Counted from the whole stretch's first letter, positions 50,793-63,915 are shown. The stretch is DNA of 63,915 bases, filler included, from Lama guanicoe (GCA_013239625.1; 171 parts of 171 records of this genome joined end to end with filler, not necessarily neighbours in it); one strand, 5' to 3'. A program made the numbers and translations. Notes: a model not told the origin generated them from the sequence alone.

Positions 50793-50892
50793 NNNNNNNN
50801 NNNNNNNNNNNNNNNNNNNNNNNNNNNNNNNNNNNNTTAATTAATTAANNNNNNNNNNNNNNNNNNNNNNNNNNNNNNNNNNNNNNNNNNNN

Positions 50893-51167
50893 AATGTGTT
50901 TCCCTGAGTTCTCTGAGCCCTTCCAGCAAACAACGGATCCCAAGGAGAAGCTATGGGACCCTCCAGTGTGTAGCCAAGTTGAACGGAAGTTGTGCATCCC
51001 TGGGGACCTGCTCTGCTGACTGGCATCTGAGGTGGGGAGGGAGAAGTCTTGTGGGACTGAGCCCTTAACCCACGTGACCTGGCATATCTCCAGGCAGACA
51101 GTGTCAGAATTGAGGTAAACTGTAGGACCCCCAGCTGGTGTCGTGGAGAAGTGCTCAGTGGGGGGAA
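50893..51167 (+). mobile_element. MER21-like ERVL LTR
   Basis: 'gtgtttccctgagttct...ggcatctgaggtgggg...gtcttgtgggactgagccct...atctccaggcagacagtgtcagaattga'. Confidence 0.82.
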
Positions 51168-51642
51168 NNNNNNNNNNNNNNNNNNNNNNNNNNNNNNNNN
51201 NNNNNNNNNNNTTAATTAATTAANNNNNNNNNNNNNNNNNNNNNNNNNNNNNNNNNNNNNNNNNNNNATTCTCTACCTGTACCACGTGCATCACCCTTTC
51301 CATCTCTTGGCTCCTACCTGCCTTTCCGAAGCAGCTTAAATAGTGTTTCCTCTGGTTCTTGTGTCATGAGCTCGCACAGCGGGCTGCACTTTCCCCAATC
51401 AAAGACATTATAAAATTTCGCAGTAGTTTCTTATTTTACATGAACCGTATTTTCCTGCTTGAGTCTAAGTTCTATCCGGGCAAGTGTGGGGCTTCTCCTG
51501 TTTGAGGATCATTGACATTAGTCACCTGCTATTGTACCGCTTNNNNNNNNNNNNNNNNNNNNNNNNNNNNNNNNNNNNNNNNNNNNTTAATTAATTAANN
51601 NNNNNNNNNNNNNNNNNNNNNNNNNNNNNNNNNNNNNNNNNN

Positions 51643-51917
51643 CTATAAAACTCCTAGAGGAAAACATAGGCAGAACACTCTTGGACATAAACCACAGCAG
51701 TATTTTTTTTGAACCAGCTCCTAGCATAATGGAAATAAGAGCAAAAATAAACAACTGGGATCTAATTAAACTTAAAAGCTTTTGCACACTAAGGATACCA
51801 TCAACAAAACAAAAAGACAGTCTGCAGAATGGGAGAAAATATTTGCAAATGATGTGACCAACAAGGGAATAATTTCCAAAATATATACAGTTCATACACC
51901 TTAATATAAAAAAAAAA
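51643..51917 (+). mobile_element. L1 ORF2 fragment
   Basis: IKLLEENIGRTL.DIN...KINNWDLIKLKSFCT...EWEKIFAN. Confidence 0.95.
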
Positions 51918-54369
51918 NNNNNNNNNNNNNNNNNNNNNNNNNNNNNNNNNNNNNNNNNNNNTTAATTAATTAANNNNNNNNNNNNNNNNNNNNNNNNNNN
52001 NNNNNNNNNNNNNNNNNTTGCTCCTTGAAGCAAGCCCCCAAACCAGACAAGATACTGTACCATGAAAGACTGCCTTCCTCCCTCCCTCCCCAGCATAGAG
52101 CCCTGACCCAGGATTTCTAAGCTAGTTCAGCCCAGACCTGCATGAAGGTGACCACTTGCAAGAGAGAGCAAGACCCAGCTTGGGGGATTCTCTGCAGGCT
52201 TTGGCACAGAAGACCAGTGCCCCTGAGAACACAAGGAGGAAGCCAACCCCAGTACTGGGATCAACCTCCCCCAGGGCGGGGTCAGCATCTTANNNNNNNN
52301 NNNNNNNNNNNNNNNNNNNNNNNNNNNNNNNNNNNNTTAATTAATTAANNNNNNNNNNNNNNNNNNNNNNNNNNNNNNNNNNNNNNNNNNNNGCGCTCCT
52401 CTCTAAGCTGAGACTCACGACGGGCTGCCCCTTGGAAGCCCGGTCCCAGCAGGGCCTCCTCTTCCTCCAGGGTGTTATCCCTGAAAGTTCCAGCTGCTCC
52501 AGGACGTCATGTCATCGTTTTCTCACCTGGAAGCTAAAACCTGGGCTGCCTGTGCCGGGCCCTGAGAATGCAGCCCCCAGGCAGGGCTGGGCTGCCCTGA
52601 GCTCACGTGCTTGTACTTTCTTACCACTGGCCCGCTCTCTTTCTCCAACACACAGTAATTGTCTTTANNNNNNNNNNNNNNNNNNNNNNNNNNNNNNNNN
52701 NNNNNNNNNNNTTAATTAATTAANNNNNNNNNNNNNNNNNNNNNNNNNNNNNNNNNNNNNNNNNNNNTCTTTAAAAAGCAGTAATGACATCGCAGGCCTC
52801 TCTGTGCCCCACGGGGCGTGACCGGGCCACAAACATGGGCTGCATCACTTCTCTTCTGAACCAGCCCATATAGCGTGATATGGGTGCTGTCTGGTAAATG
52901 AGAGAAGGCGTCCAGAGAAACACTTTCCTCTCTGTGGTACTTGTGTGTGTCTGTGTGCTCACTCATTTTATTTCTGACTTGTCTCCTAATTCTCCTTTTA
53001 TGTTATACACAGCTTTGAGTCCAACGTGTGACTCAGTAAATGNNNNNNNNNNNNNNNNNNNNNNNNNNNNNNNNNNNNNNNNNNNNTTAATTAATTAANN
53101 NNNNNNNNNNNNNNNNNNNNNNNNNNNNNNNNNNNNNNNNNNTATCGGCAGGCAGAAGTGATGGGTCTCCTGGAAGACAAGGATCACGTGACAGCCAGAA
53201 AGAGGAGTGTGAGTTTGAGAGTAAATGTTGACATGTTCAGAAAGGACAAGGTGTAGTTCCACGGCATGAGATTCTGGAAGATGAAAGTAGGTTGAGAAGG
53301 TAAGAAGCTCTGAAAATATGATTATAACCGTGCAGCTGTAAATGATCCCAATAAATGTAAAAATAAAATACAGTGGGAGAGTGTCTGTAACTTAAGAAAC
53401 TGGCATGGTTTGCACAGNNNNNNNNNNNNNNNNNNNNNNNNNNNNNNNNNNNNNNNNNNNNTTAATTAATTAANNNNNNNNNNNNNNNNNNNNNNNNNNN
53501 NNNNNNNNNNNNNNNNNAGAGGAGCAAGCAAGGCTGACATCCTACGAGACCAGGTGCCAGTGAGCCACAGCAGGGGACTCAGAGCAATGAGTGGTTCCTG
53601 GCTCTTGGTGAAGAGAACCAGGCTGACCCCAGCAATCTCAAATCATAATCAAGCCAACTGAATCTTGACAGTGAAGAGGGAGCTATCCTGTCCTGTCTCC
53701 TGTCTGTCATCCGGATGGTTGTCTGCTATTTCACAATCATTCGGCAATTGTAGGCCAAGTACCTTCAACGGGGGAACATCCATCTTTCCTTCNNNNNNNN
53801 NNNNNNNNNNNNNNNNNNNNNNNNNNNNNNNNNNNNTTAATTAATTAANNNNNNNNNNNNNNNNNNNNNNNNNNNNNNNNNNNNNNNNNNNNGGGAAACG
53901 GGACCTGTTCTCTTTCAAAGGGTCCGACTCTGAACTAAGGGAAAACGGGCAGAATCTTTGAGATGCGGAAGCATCACTGGGAGATTACGTAACACCATCT
54001 GAGAGCAAGCCAGGTGGCATCTGGGGGCCGAGCCTGCAGATAGGAAAGCTGGCCAGGGAGACACGTTCAGTGTCTCTGCATGACTTGGAGAAGAGTCAGT
54101 GGGGAAGTTGACTCTCATGGAAGAAATTCTCATATTGTGGAAATCGTTCCACGAGTGTGAGCTCAGCNNNNNNNNNNNNNNNNNNNNNNNNNNNNNNNNN
54201 NNNNNNNNNNNTTAATTAATTAANNNNNNNNNNNNNNNNNNNNNNNNNNNNNNNNNNNNNNNNNNNNGCTGACACAATGGGACCAAGGAACACATAAGTA
54301 TTAAATATGTCACAGACACTACTGAAATACATATCCATGCGATTCTCTGTAAAACATCTGGCTCCTGTG

Positions 54370-54485
54370 CCACACGATCACCTTCCTGAGAGCAGGTACT
54401 CTGTCTGCCTTGTTCGCCCCTTCTCCCCAGTGTCTCCTCAAGAGCCTGCCAGATAGAACAGTGAGTAAATACTCATCAAGCAAGA
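54370..54485 (+). mobile_element. L2 3' end
   Basis: 'ttcctgagagcagg...tgtctgccttgttc...tccccagtg...agtaaatact'. Confidence 0.65.
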
Positions 54486-55017
54486 AAAATAGCAGTTAGC
54501 AGGAGTCACTAAATTTGACCAGTGTCTTCCAGTCTCTGTCACNNNNNNNNNNNNNNNNNNNNNNNNNNNNNNNNNNNNNNNNNNNNTTAATTAATTAANN
54601 NNNNNNNNNNNNNNNNNNNNNNNNNNNNNNNNNNNNNNNNNNGGAACAGGACATGGCATCAATGTCTAGGAGAAATTGCCCTCAGAGAAATTCTATGGAT
54701 TTGCCTAGACCCAAGAGCCTAACGTTTTCACTTATCAACGCCCTAGAAGTCTAAATTTGATACCTGATACTACCTGAACAGTAGAGTTGAAGAAATACAG
54801 TAAAACAAACAGGAAGTACCAATTTCAGTTCCAAAGGGATTGAAGGCTCAAAACATAAGCTTTCAAACACTAGACTGCAAAATGCTATCCAGAGCAAGTA
54901 TTGAAAATGGAGGTGAGNNNNNNNNNNNNNNNNNNNNNNNNNNNNNNNNNNNNNNNNNNNNTTAATTAATTAANNNNNNNNNNNNNNNNNNNNNNNNNNN
55001 NNNNNNNNNNNNNNNNN

Positions 55018-55291
55018 CATGTGTGAATGCCATCGTTCACGTACCTTGTTGGGAACACAATGTTTCCCATCAGTGGAAACACCACTACATACATATATAT
55101 GGGAGTTACAATCTCCAACTCGGTTTTAAAGTGATAATTGAAGGAACTTCAAATAGGCCCTAGGAGATAGACTGAGAAAGCAGAGTAAGTGTTTCTCCTG
55201 CAACCTGTCCCCTTTGTGCTAGTGGAACGAATGTCTCTCCACATGCTCAGTTTTCAGAATTAAGCGTGTGTGAAAGCCGTCCTTCACCTAG
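55018..55291 (-). repeat. ~247-bp satellite monomer (reverse orientation)
   Basis: 'tgtgtgaa.gcc' at 55020 and 55267; contains 'tctctccacatgctcagttt', the reverse complement of the conserved block in 22067 and 35156. Confidence 0.9.
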
Positions 55292-55391
55292 NNNNNNNNN
55301 NNNNNNNNNNNNNNNNNNNNNNNNNNNNNNNNNNNTTAATTAATTAANNNNNNNNNNNNNNNNNNNNNNNNNNNNNNNNNNNNNNNNNNNN

Positions 55392-55666
55392 CTCTGACAA
55401 CACCAATCACCTCTCTGCTGGTCTTTGAGCAGAGCAGGCACATTCCAGCCTTAGGGCATTTGTCCTGGCTGATCTCTTTGCCTGCAATGCTTTGCCTTCA
55501 GACCTTCTAAGTTCTTACTTACTCAAGAAGAATCACCTTGCCATTTTATTTAAAACTGTGATTGTTCCTGTGACCTGATATTCCTGCTCCCCTTTGCCAT
55601 GCTCTTTTATTTTTCTATAACATTTATCACTTTCTAATATACTTTATAATCTAATTATTTATTGTT
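55392..55666 (+). mobile_element. L2 LINE 3' region
   Basis: 'caggcacattccagccttagggcatttg...gcctgcaatgct...catttatcactttctaatatact'. Confidence 0.75.
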
Positions 55667-56891
55667 NNNNNNNNNNNNNNNNNNNNNNNNNNNNNNNNNN
55701 NNNNNNNNNNTTAATTAATTAANNNNNNNNNNNNNNNNNNNNNNNNNNNNNNNNNNNNNNNNNNNNGCACTGCTCCGGATCCCCGTCTGGTGGCTGTCAC
55801 TCTGGTGACCTGAGCGCAGACCGCCCCACCCCCGGTAGAATGAGGAGTGAGGGAGTCAGCTCGGGTTAGGGGTGCACTCATTGTGAGGGGGGATCCCGCG
55901 GCGGGAGGGGCCAGGATGAGGAGTGAGAGGCCACCCAGAGTGGAAGTCACTTGGCTGAAGCGTGAGGAGGCCATCCCGGGGTGAGGGGTTTCGAGTAGGG
56001 GGACCCGGTTGAGGGGTGGGGGTAATCCTGGGGTGAGGGGTNNNNNNNNNNNNNNNNNNNNNNNNNNNNNNNNNNNNNNNNNNNNTTAATTAATTAANNN
56101 NNNNNNNNNNNNNNNNNNNNNNNNNNNNNNNNNNNNNNNNNCCAGGGCCCCAGATGAGGTGAGAGTCTTGGCCGTGTCCCCAGGCCCGTAAAGGATGTTA
56201 ACGGCCTCTGAGGGAGTGAATGAGGGTCAATCAAAGTGGTGGGCCGGGGGCTTACTGCCAAGTGATGGCTCCTTCCAGCTTCTGGCTCAACACTGGCACC
56301 TCCTTTCTGTCCCACCTAATGGACTATCTCATCCCGAGGCTGCTGATTGAAGGAGAGTGGTTTGTCCCAGCCCCCTGCTCCTCCTTCCTGCCCGCCACCA
56401 CCAGGGTCCACCTCTCNNNNNNNNNNNNNNNNNNNNNNNNNNNNNNNNNNNNNNNNNNNNTTAATTAATTAANNNNNNNNNNNNNNNNNNNNNNNNNNNN
56501 NNNNNNNNNNNNNNNNGACAAAGTGTGTGCTGTCACGGCCAGGGCTGGAGTGTTTTCCTGACCAGCGTCTCAGGAATCATAGTCATTTTCTTCATTCTGC
56601 TGTTTTCTGAGCAAATCAACCTACCACACTCTCCTACCTTCTCCTCCCCTTCTCTCCCTCCTCCTGTACATTGCTTGCCTGCCTTCCTCTCACAGAAGCA
56701 TTTAGGAGGTGGAAGAGGTCTGGAAATGAAATTTGAGTGGGCCCCTTCTCCCTTGGAAACTCTGCCGTGTGTATTTTTGAAGATACTGATGNNNNNNNNN
56801 NNNNNNNNNNNNNNNNNNNNNNNNNNNNNNNNNNNTTAATTAATTAANNNNNNNNNNNNNNNNNNNNNNNNNNNNNNNNNNNNNNNNNNNN

Positions 56892-57166
56892 TGTATAAAT
56901 ATACCACAGCTTCTTTAACCAGTCATCTGTCAATGGACATGGGTTACATCCATACCCTGGCTATTGTAAATAGTGCTGTTAACATTGGGATGCATGTGTT
57001 TTTTGAATTAGAGCTTCCTCCAGATATATGCCCAGGAATGGGATTTCTTGATCATATGGTAACTCCATTTTTAGTTTTTTACAGGGAACTATATTCATTG
57101 CTTTTTAATAGTATACAATGAAAAAGAATGTATATATGTATAACTGAATCACTATGCTGTACACCA
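56892..57166. mobile_element. L1 with inversion junction: antisense ORF2 3' region (56892-57080) joined to sense 3' UTR (57081-57166)
   Basis: The left part matches the reverse complement of 11595-type sequence and the antisense L1 at 26178. The right part matches the sense 3' ends at 28795 and 48480. Confidence 0.85.
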
Positions 57167-57641
57167 NNNNNNNNNNNNNNNNNNNNNNNNNNNNNNNNNN
57201 NNNNNNNNNNTTAATTAATTAANNNNNNNNNNNNNNNNNNNNNNNNNNNNNNNNNNNNNNNNNNNNTTCTGCCTCCTGCAGACCCCTACTGCTATTCGGT
57301 AACGTGGCCCCATCTGGGCACAACTCCCAACTTATCTCCTAGAAAAAAATCAGATTTTTAAGTGGTCTCCCATCTTCTGAAAAGTAATTTAAGTTGTAAT
57401 TTTTTAATCCTGGGAAGTGCAAACAAAACCTTTCTTGCCTTGTGAGGGCTGAGTCAGCCAGAGACTTGAGAGCTCAGAGTCTGCCAGGTGCCATGCTGGG
57501 CTCCCGCACAGGCTCCATGGGGGTGATGCCAACAGTGTGGGNNNNNNNNNNNNNNNNNNNNNNNNNNNNNNNNNNNNNNNNNNNNTTAATTAATTAANNN
57601 NNNNNNNNNNNNNNNNNNNNNNNNNNNNNNNNNNNNNNNNN

Positions 57642-57916
57642 CCAGTAAATTAGATACCCTAGATGAAACAGGCTAATTCCTAGAAACACACAAACTACTA
57701 AAGCTGACTCAGGAAGAGATTGGAAATCTGAACAAACCTATAGCAAGTAGAGGGATGGAGTCAGAAATGTCTAAGCGACAACAAAAAATGGCAGAACCAG
57801 ATGGCTTCACTGGTGAGCTCTATGGAATGTTTTAAGAAAAATAAACACCAATTCTTCAACTTTTCCAAAAAAATAGAAATGAATAAGAAAACCAGAGACT
57901 AATATCCCTTATGAAA
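57642..57916 (+). mobile_element. L1 ORF2 fragment (pre-RT/Z region)
   Basis: LDE...FLETHKLLKLTQEEIGNLNKPI...PDGFTGE.Y. Confidence 0.9.
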
Positions 57917-58016
57917 NNNNNNNNNNNNNNNNNNNNNNNNNNNNNNNNNNNNNNNNNNNNTTAATTAATTAANNNNNNNNNNNNNNNNNNNNNNNNNNNN
58001 NNNNNNNNNNNNNNNN

Positions 58017-58291
58017 TTCTATGAAGCCACCATCACCCTGATACCAAAACCAGCCAAAGACACTAATAAAAAAGAAAATTACAGGCCAATATCATTGATG
58101 AACGTATATGCAAAATTCCTCAACATAATATTAGCAATCAAAATCCAACAGCACATAGAAAAGATCATACACCATGATCAAGTTGAATTCATCCTAGGGA
58201 CACAAGAATGGTTCAACATATGCAAATCCATCAACATGATATACCACATCAACAAGAGAAAGGGCAAAAATCACATGATCATCTCAATAGA
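58017..58291 (+). mobile_element. L1 ORF2 reverse-transcriptase N-terminal segment, frame open across the whole contig
   Basis: [91 protein letters not shown]. Confidence 0.97.
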
Positions 58292-61200
58292 NNNNNNNNN
58301 NNNNNNNNNNNNNNNNNNNNNNNNNNNNNNNNNNNTTAATTAATTAANNNNNNNNNNNNNNNNNNNNNNNNNNNNNNNNNNNNNNNNNNNNACTGGCCTT
58401 GTGAGTGTGGTCTAGGTCCCTGTCACCTCTTGGCCTCAGGGTCCCCATGTGTAGGTGGGGGGCAGGGCAGTTGGTGTCTAAAAATCCTTCCTGCCGTGAC
58501 AGTCCAGGATTCAGGAGTTAGAATAAGGATCCTGGGCCTAAAGCAGAAAACCCTAAAGGAGCACCTTTGCTACCTCGATGGGACAGCAACTAAGACAGTA
58601 ACCTGTGGAACCTCTTCCCTGGGTGCGGGACATTCTGAGATGCAACAGCTCTGCTTGGAGCCTTCANNNNNNNNNNNNNNNNNNNNNNNNNNNNNNNNNN
58701 NNNNNNNNNNTTAATTAATTAANNNNNNNNNNNNNNNNNNNNNNNNNNNNNNNNNNNNNNNNNNNNGAGAATTCATCTAAATACTTCCTCAGTCCATCGG
58801 GGGGCACTCGCTACTTTTTGCCCCAAAGCCCAACCCTCATCTTTCCCTCAGAGCCAGGGCTAGGGAAACACTCAGGGATTACAAGCTAAGGGATTCTATT
58901 AGTACCCAAGCACTGCTGTCAGTTGAAAGTGCTGGCCCACACTCAGGATACCTGAACACGTCTTTGTGTGTGTGTTGGATGTGGGGAAACTGAGTCCATG
59001 CATCTTTATATGGGCACTGTTATTCCCAGGTAAATGATGTNNNNNNNNNNNNNNNNNNNNNNNNNNNNNNNNNNNNNNNNNNNNTTAATTAATTAANNNN
59101 NNNNNNNNNNNNNNNNNNNNNNNNNNNNNNNNNNNNNNNNCTAGAGTACAGTGCCGGGCTGACCACAGCCTTGGGGCATCTCAGAGGGTCGGTGCCAGGG
59201 CCACAGGCCAGTGTCTGGGAAAGGGTTAAACTGCACGGCTGGACCCAAGGCTGCTGTACACCAGGCCACTGGAAAAGCTGACAGCAACCTTTCAAGAACT
59301 GGCCTACTGTCAGGGTCTCCCACTGTCACCTGTTACTGCCCAGCCCTGAGCACACCTCCACACCACGGTCCTCCGTCAGCCTGCACTTAGCTCCTCCATA
59401 TCCAGTCCCCATTTTNNNNNNNNNNNNNNNNNNNNNNNNNNNNNNNNNNNNNNNNNNNNTTAATTAATTAANNNNNNNNNNNNNNNNNNNNNNNNNNNNN
59501 NNNNNNNNNNNNNNNTGGTCAATTGCCTGGGCCCTGGAAGGACAGTGAGATCTGGGGCTGGGTCATGGGCCACCTGTGTCCTGGAGTCCCTGTCCTCAGC
59601 GCTGCCCAGACACCTGCTGTGCACGCCTTGGCGGGGCCTGTCGACAGACAGATCTCTCGGTCAATTGGTCGTGAAGTAGGTTTATATCAGCAGCCAGGCT
59701 TGGGGACAGGATGGGAAGACATGGCTGGGTGCCAGGGAGTTTGTGCCACGCCTCATCAGGATGGCGGCTGCCTTCAGCTCCTAAAACACTNNNNNNNNNN
59801 NNNNNNNNNNNNNNNNNNNNNNNNNNNNNNNNNNTTAATTAATTAANNNNNNNNNNNNNNNNNNNNNNNNNNNNNNNNNNNNNNNNNNNNAAATGGGAGA
59901 ATAATCACATGTTAGTTTACTCTAGAAGTGGAAAGAGCATGTGGGAAGTGTTTCTGCCGTATCCATCTCAGATACTCGTGAGATGGTGTGGATCCTAATT
60001 TACAGAGCAGTTACGGTACAGTGACACACTGATGAGCTTATTAAGTCATTAGGGATGTCACACTTGCCACACTGCTTTCACTCTCCCTCTGTGAGCATGA
60101 AAAGGAGAGGATGGTGTGATCTACACACAGATCATTACAGTACGATATTAAAGCCCAAAGAAATTNNNNNNNNNNNNNNNNNNNNNNNNNNNNNNNNNNN
60201 NNNNNNNNNTTAATTAATTAANNNNNNNNNNNNNNNNNNNNNNNNNNNNNNNNNNNNNNNNNNNNCAGTTTTATGTATTTTTAAAATTTCTTTTCAGACT
60301 TGAATTTTGACCTACGAGTTTACTGTCTTGTACCTTATATTCAGTTTGCTAAAAAAAAAAAAAAGTACTTTCAGAACTCTTATCTCTCTGTTCATGATAG
60401 ATAATAGTTTCTAATTTTCTATTACTATTCTCTGACTGGCTGGATAAAGTGATAAATGTTCCCTTTTAAGCTTTCCTTTTTAATTTGTGTAGAATTGGTG
60501 TTATTTCAGTGGAATTCACCAGTGAAGCCATCTGGGCCTANNNNNNNNNNNNNNNNNNNNNNNNNNNNNNNNNNNNNNNNNNNNTTAATTAATTAANNNN
60601 NNNNNNNNNNNNNNNNNNNNNNNNNNNNNNNNNNNNNNNNGGGAGTCAATTCCCAGAGGATAACAATTCATCTTCAGAATTAAGGTAAAGGGAAAGCAGT
60701 ACGAACGTAGGCTGCTCTTGAAAGCTTTTGAGCCCCTGGATGTATTAAGCACCAGGCACAGGTTATATGACACCTTGCTGGGACTTTAGCAAAGGGTATG
60801 GTTAATCTAACTTCTTGCAAATATGGGAATATAATGACTGAAAATGTCACACTAGTATATGGAATGTTTTTTTATTGTCACAGGCAATATTAACATTTGG
60901 AAATATTGGGCTATTNNNNNNNNNNNNNNNNNNNNNNNNNNNNNNNNNNNNNNNNNNNNTTAATTAATTAANNNNNNNNNNNNNNNNNNNNNNNNNNNNN
61001 NNNNNNNNNNNNNNNCAATTTTAGCTGGTGGACTGTGGGTGAAAGTGAGGCGGGGTCATTTCTGTGCTGAGACAATGAAGAATACAACAGAGAGTCCCCA
61101 TTCTCTTCCCTCCTCTGTGATATTGATGGTGGAGGTGTGCTGACACAGGGGAGCCACAAGACAGAAGCAGCCTTGCTCACTAGGAGAAAGCAAGCCACCC

Positions 61201-61390
61201 TGAAGGGTCACCCTGTGTTCACTGGGATGGTCCTATGAGCAAGAAATAAGCCTCTGTCGGGTAAGTCATTGAGATTTCCTGGTTAACCTGNNNNNNNNNN
61301 NNNNNNNNNNNNNNNNNNNNNNNNNNNNNNNNNNTTAATTAATTAANNNNNNNNNNNNNNNNNNNNNNNNNNNNNNNNNNNNNNNNNNNN

Positions 61391-61665
61391 GTGTGTATGT
61401 GTGCTGTGTGTTGTGCGAGCATGTCTGTCTTCACGCATCCATGTTTACAAGTACTGTTGTGCGTGTACACGGCATGTGTGTGTGCATTCACATGTGCATT
61501 GCCAGCATATATTGTGTGCTCAAGGGGTGTGTTTGCATGTGTGCAGTGCATGGGGCACGTGTGTGCACATGGTCATGACTGCCCCCTTCCAGCATGTCGG
61601 TATGTGCACGTGTTCATTGGGTTCTTCTGTGCATGTGTGTGAGCGTGGGAGGTACTCGTGTCCAC
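61391..61665. repeat. Degenerate (TG/CA) purine-pyrimidine alternating low-complexity tract
   Basis: Dense gtgt/gcat/gcac units; explains the four overlapping Cys/Val/His-rich ORFs here. Confidence 0.85.
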
Positions 61666-62339
61666 NNNNNNNNNNNNNNNNNNNNNNNNNNNNNNNNNNN
61701 NNNNNNNNNTTAATTAATTAANNNNNNNNNNNNNNNNNNNNNNNNNNNNNNNNNNNNNNNNNNNNCTTTCTTGGGATATTTATGACCTGTGTACCTTTTA
61801 GGGTCCATAAACAAGCAAAAACCCAATAATCAAGCTTAAAACTCAGTAGGTTAGCCTGGAAATTTCTTAGTTTCTTGTGATAAGTTTTTCCCTATCTCTT
61901 AGGTCATCATCTAGACACTATCTGCCATCCAATGAGACCAGGCTAGATTAAGGAAATTAGGAAGTAGACCTTGGAAAGGGACAGGGCTATCGGTGAAGAG
62001 ATCAGTACTCATTACATAAATTAACTTTGACCTTAGTTGGNNNNNNNNNNNNNNNNNNNNNNNNNNNNNNNNNNNNNNNNNNNNTTAATTAATTAANNNN
62101 NNNNNNNNNNNNNNNNNNNNNNNNNNNNNNNNNNNNNNNNTCTCTGGGAGAACAGGGTACAGGACACATAAAAGTGCCACAGGTGCATCCCTTCCCCAGT
62201 AGGGCTGATCCTTAGGGCTGATCCCATTAAAGTTCTTGCACAACTTTAAAAGATGATTTTTCTTCAGTAACATGAATTCAAAATAATTAATATGTCATCA
62301 AGGCATTTTTAGAAGTGACCTTCCCTGGGCCCTAACAAT

Positions 62340-62415
62340 AAACACATATAAATACACACATATACACATAAATATATACACACATAGACACATAAATATA
62401 TACACACATACATCC
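62340..62415. repeat. (CA/TA)-rich low-complexity tract
   Basis: 'acacatataaatacacacatatacacataaatatatacacac'. Confidence 0.8.
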
Positions 62416-63915
62416 NNNNNNNNNNNNNNNNNNNNNNNNNNNNNNNNNNNNNNNNNNNNTTAATTAATTAANNNNNNNNNNNNNNNNNNNNNNNNNNNNN
62501 NNNNNNNNNNNNNNNTTTTCTTCTAATCTTCCACATTGACTGTGAATGGTGCCACCATCTTGTCATGTCCTTTATGTCTTCTTTCCTTTTCAACCCACCC
62601 TGTTAGTCAACCCATAAGCCTTGGATTTTCAGTCCTCACTCTGCCACTATCTTTCTGTGGGCATATGTTTTTAGCATCTTGAATTGAAAATAATAATATT
62701 GCTCTTACATGTTCCATTCATTCAGTCAAAACATACGGACTAATTATTTAAAATAAATGTAACACTAATCAAGGACCTAGTTAAGATGACNNNNNNNNNN
62801 NNNNNNNNNNNNNNNNNNNNNNNNNNNNNNNNNNTTAATTAATTAANNNNNNNNNNNNNNNNNNNNNNNNNNNNNNNNNNNNNNNNNNNNCACACAAATC
62901 CTGTCCCTTTAACAAAAAAGTAAGGCTAAGATAGCAGGTCTGAATAATGCTCTGGCTCACTTTAGGCATTCAGTACCGAGTCAGGTGTCCAGAGAACCTG
63001 ATCCTGTGGTCAATAAAAGAATATTTGAGCAGCTATTTGAGGTCTGCCTTCTTATAAACAGAACATAAAAGTTCAAACAGAATGGGAAATTGTAAAGGGC
63101 TCGGAGGCCTGAGACAGAGGGAGAGGTACTCAGAAGTGAAACCTGCGCTTTGTAACAAGTCACTANNNNNNNNNNNNNNNNNNNNNNNNNNNNNNNNNNN
63201 NNNNNNNNNTTAATTAATTAANNNNNNNNNNNNNNNNNNNNNNNNNNNNNNNNNNNNNNNNNNNNTAACGGGGAATGAAGTAGACAGAAAAGTGATCTCT
63301 GCTCATTTGCAGACATTAGAGTCTAGTCCTGGTAATTGTCTTTATGTTTTGTTATTTAACTGTAACCAGCCTGGATCCTGAATTCTTCTAGTTTCCCCCC
63401 AAATCTGTCTACAACCCTCCAAACTAATAATTCCAACTTTCTTCTACCCTTCTGATTTGGAATCACACTAAGGAAAAAGACTGCCCTTGAATCTCCTTGG
63501 TTGAGACTATACCAGATTCTTATCATTACCCAGATGACAGNNNNNNNNNNNNNNNNNNNNNNNNNNNNNNNNNNNNNNNNNNNNTTAATTAATTAANNNN
63601 NNNNNNNNNNNNNNNNNNNNNNNNNNNNNNNNNNNNNNNNTGTGTCTTGAAATTCACTGGCAGCATAAATTCTAGTCTACTCTGAACTTAGTTACGTCAT
63701 CCAGAAAATTCAAAAAACAAATATACTTATGGCATACAGTTCAGAAGTACTCTTCAAAGCCAAATATTATAAACTGTGATTATAACAATGCGACTAAGTA
63801 GTTACATCAAGAAAATTCATATTAATTAAAAAAATAACAAAAACTTGACTGCATTTAACTATTATTTTCTACAAACAAGTTAATATATTTAAGCAGAATT
63901 CCACATTAAGGAAAG

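Noticed and set aside
59963..59986. Hairpin CCATCTCA...TGAGATGG
   Set aside because: An 8-bp stem is expected by chance in this much sequence; no ncRNA features.
61339..61721. Cys-rich metallothionein/keratin-associated-like ORFs
   Set aside because: Artefact of translating a degenerate TG/CA repeat.

Overview
This is not a contiguous locus. It is an artificial concatenation of 171 unrelated short contigs (almost all 274 or 275 bp, sorted by ascending length), joined by 170 identical 100-bp spacers (N44-TTAATTAATTAA-N44; the 12-mer gives a stop in all six frames). About a quarter of the window is spacer, and adjacency between contigs has no biological meaning. The real sequence is mammalian nuclear DNA, most likely camelid, judged from tRNA-derived vic-1-type SINEs and cetartiodactyl-type L1 ends. 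It is dominated by repeat fragments: L1, L2, MIR, MaLR/ERV LTRs, MER20 and a Tigger/MER44-type element. Nearly all supplied ORFs are spurious. Recognisable gene pieces are the first coding exon of an ANKRD26/POTE-family ankyrin gene, a complement receptor 1 (CR1)-type CCP exon whose acceptor reads AT instead of AG, and one clean unidentified 120-nt exon. Other notable signals are four diverged monomers of a ~248-bp satellite with an internal ~125-bp dimer structure, a degenerate 7-mer array and a likely twin-primed L1 inversion junction. No multi-gene biological system can be supported from this window. Repeat family names come from recalled consensus sequences, not from a database search.
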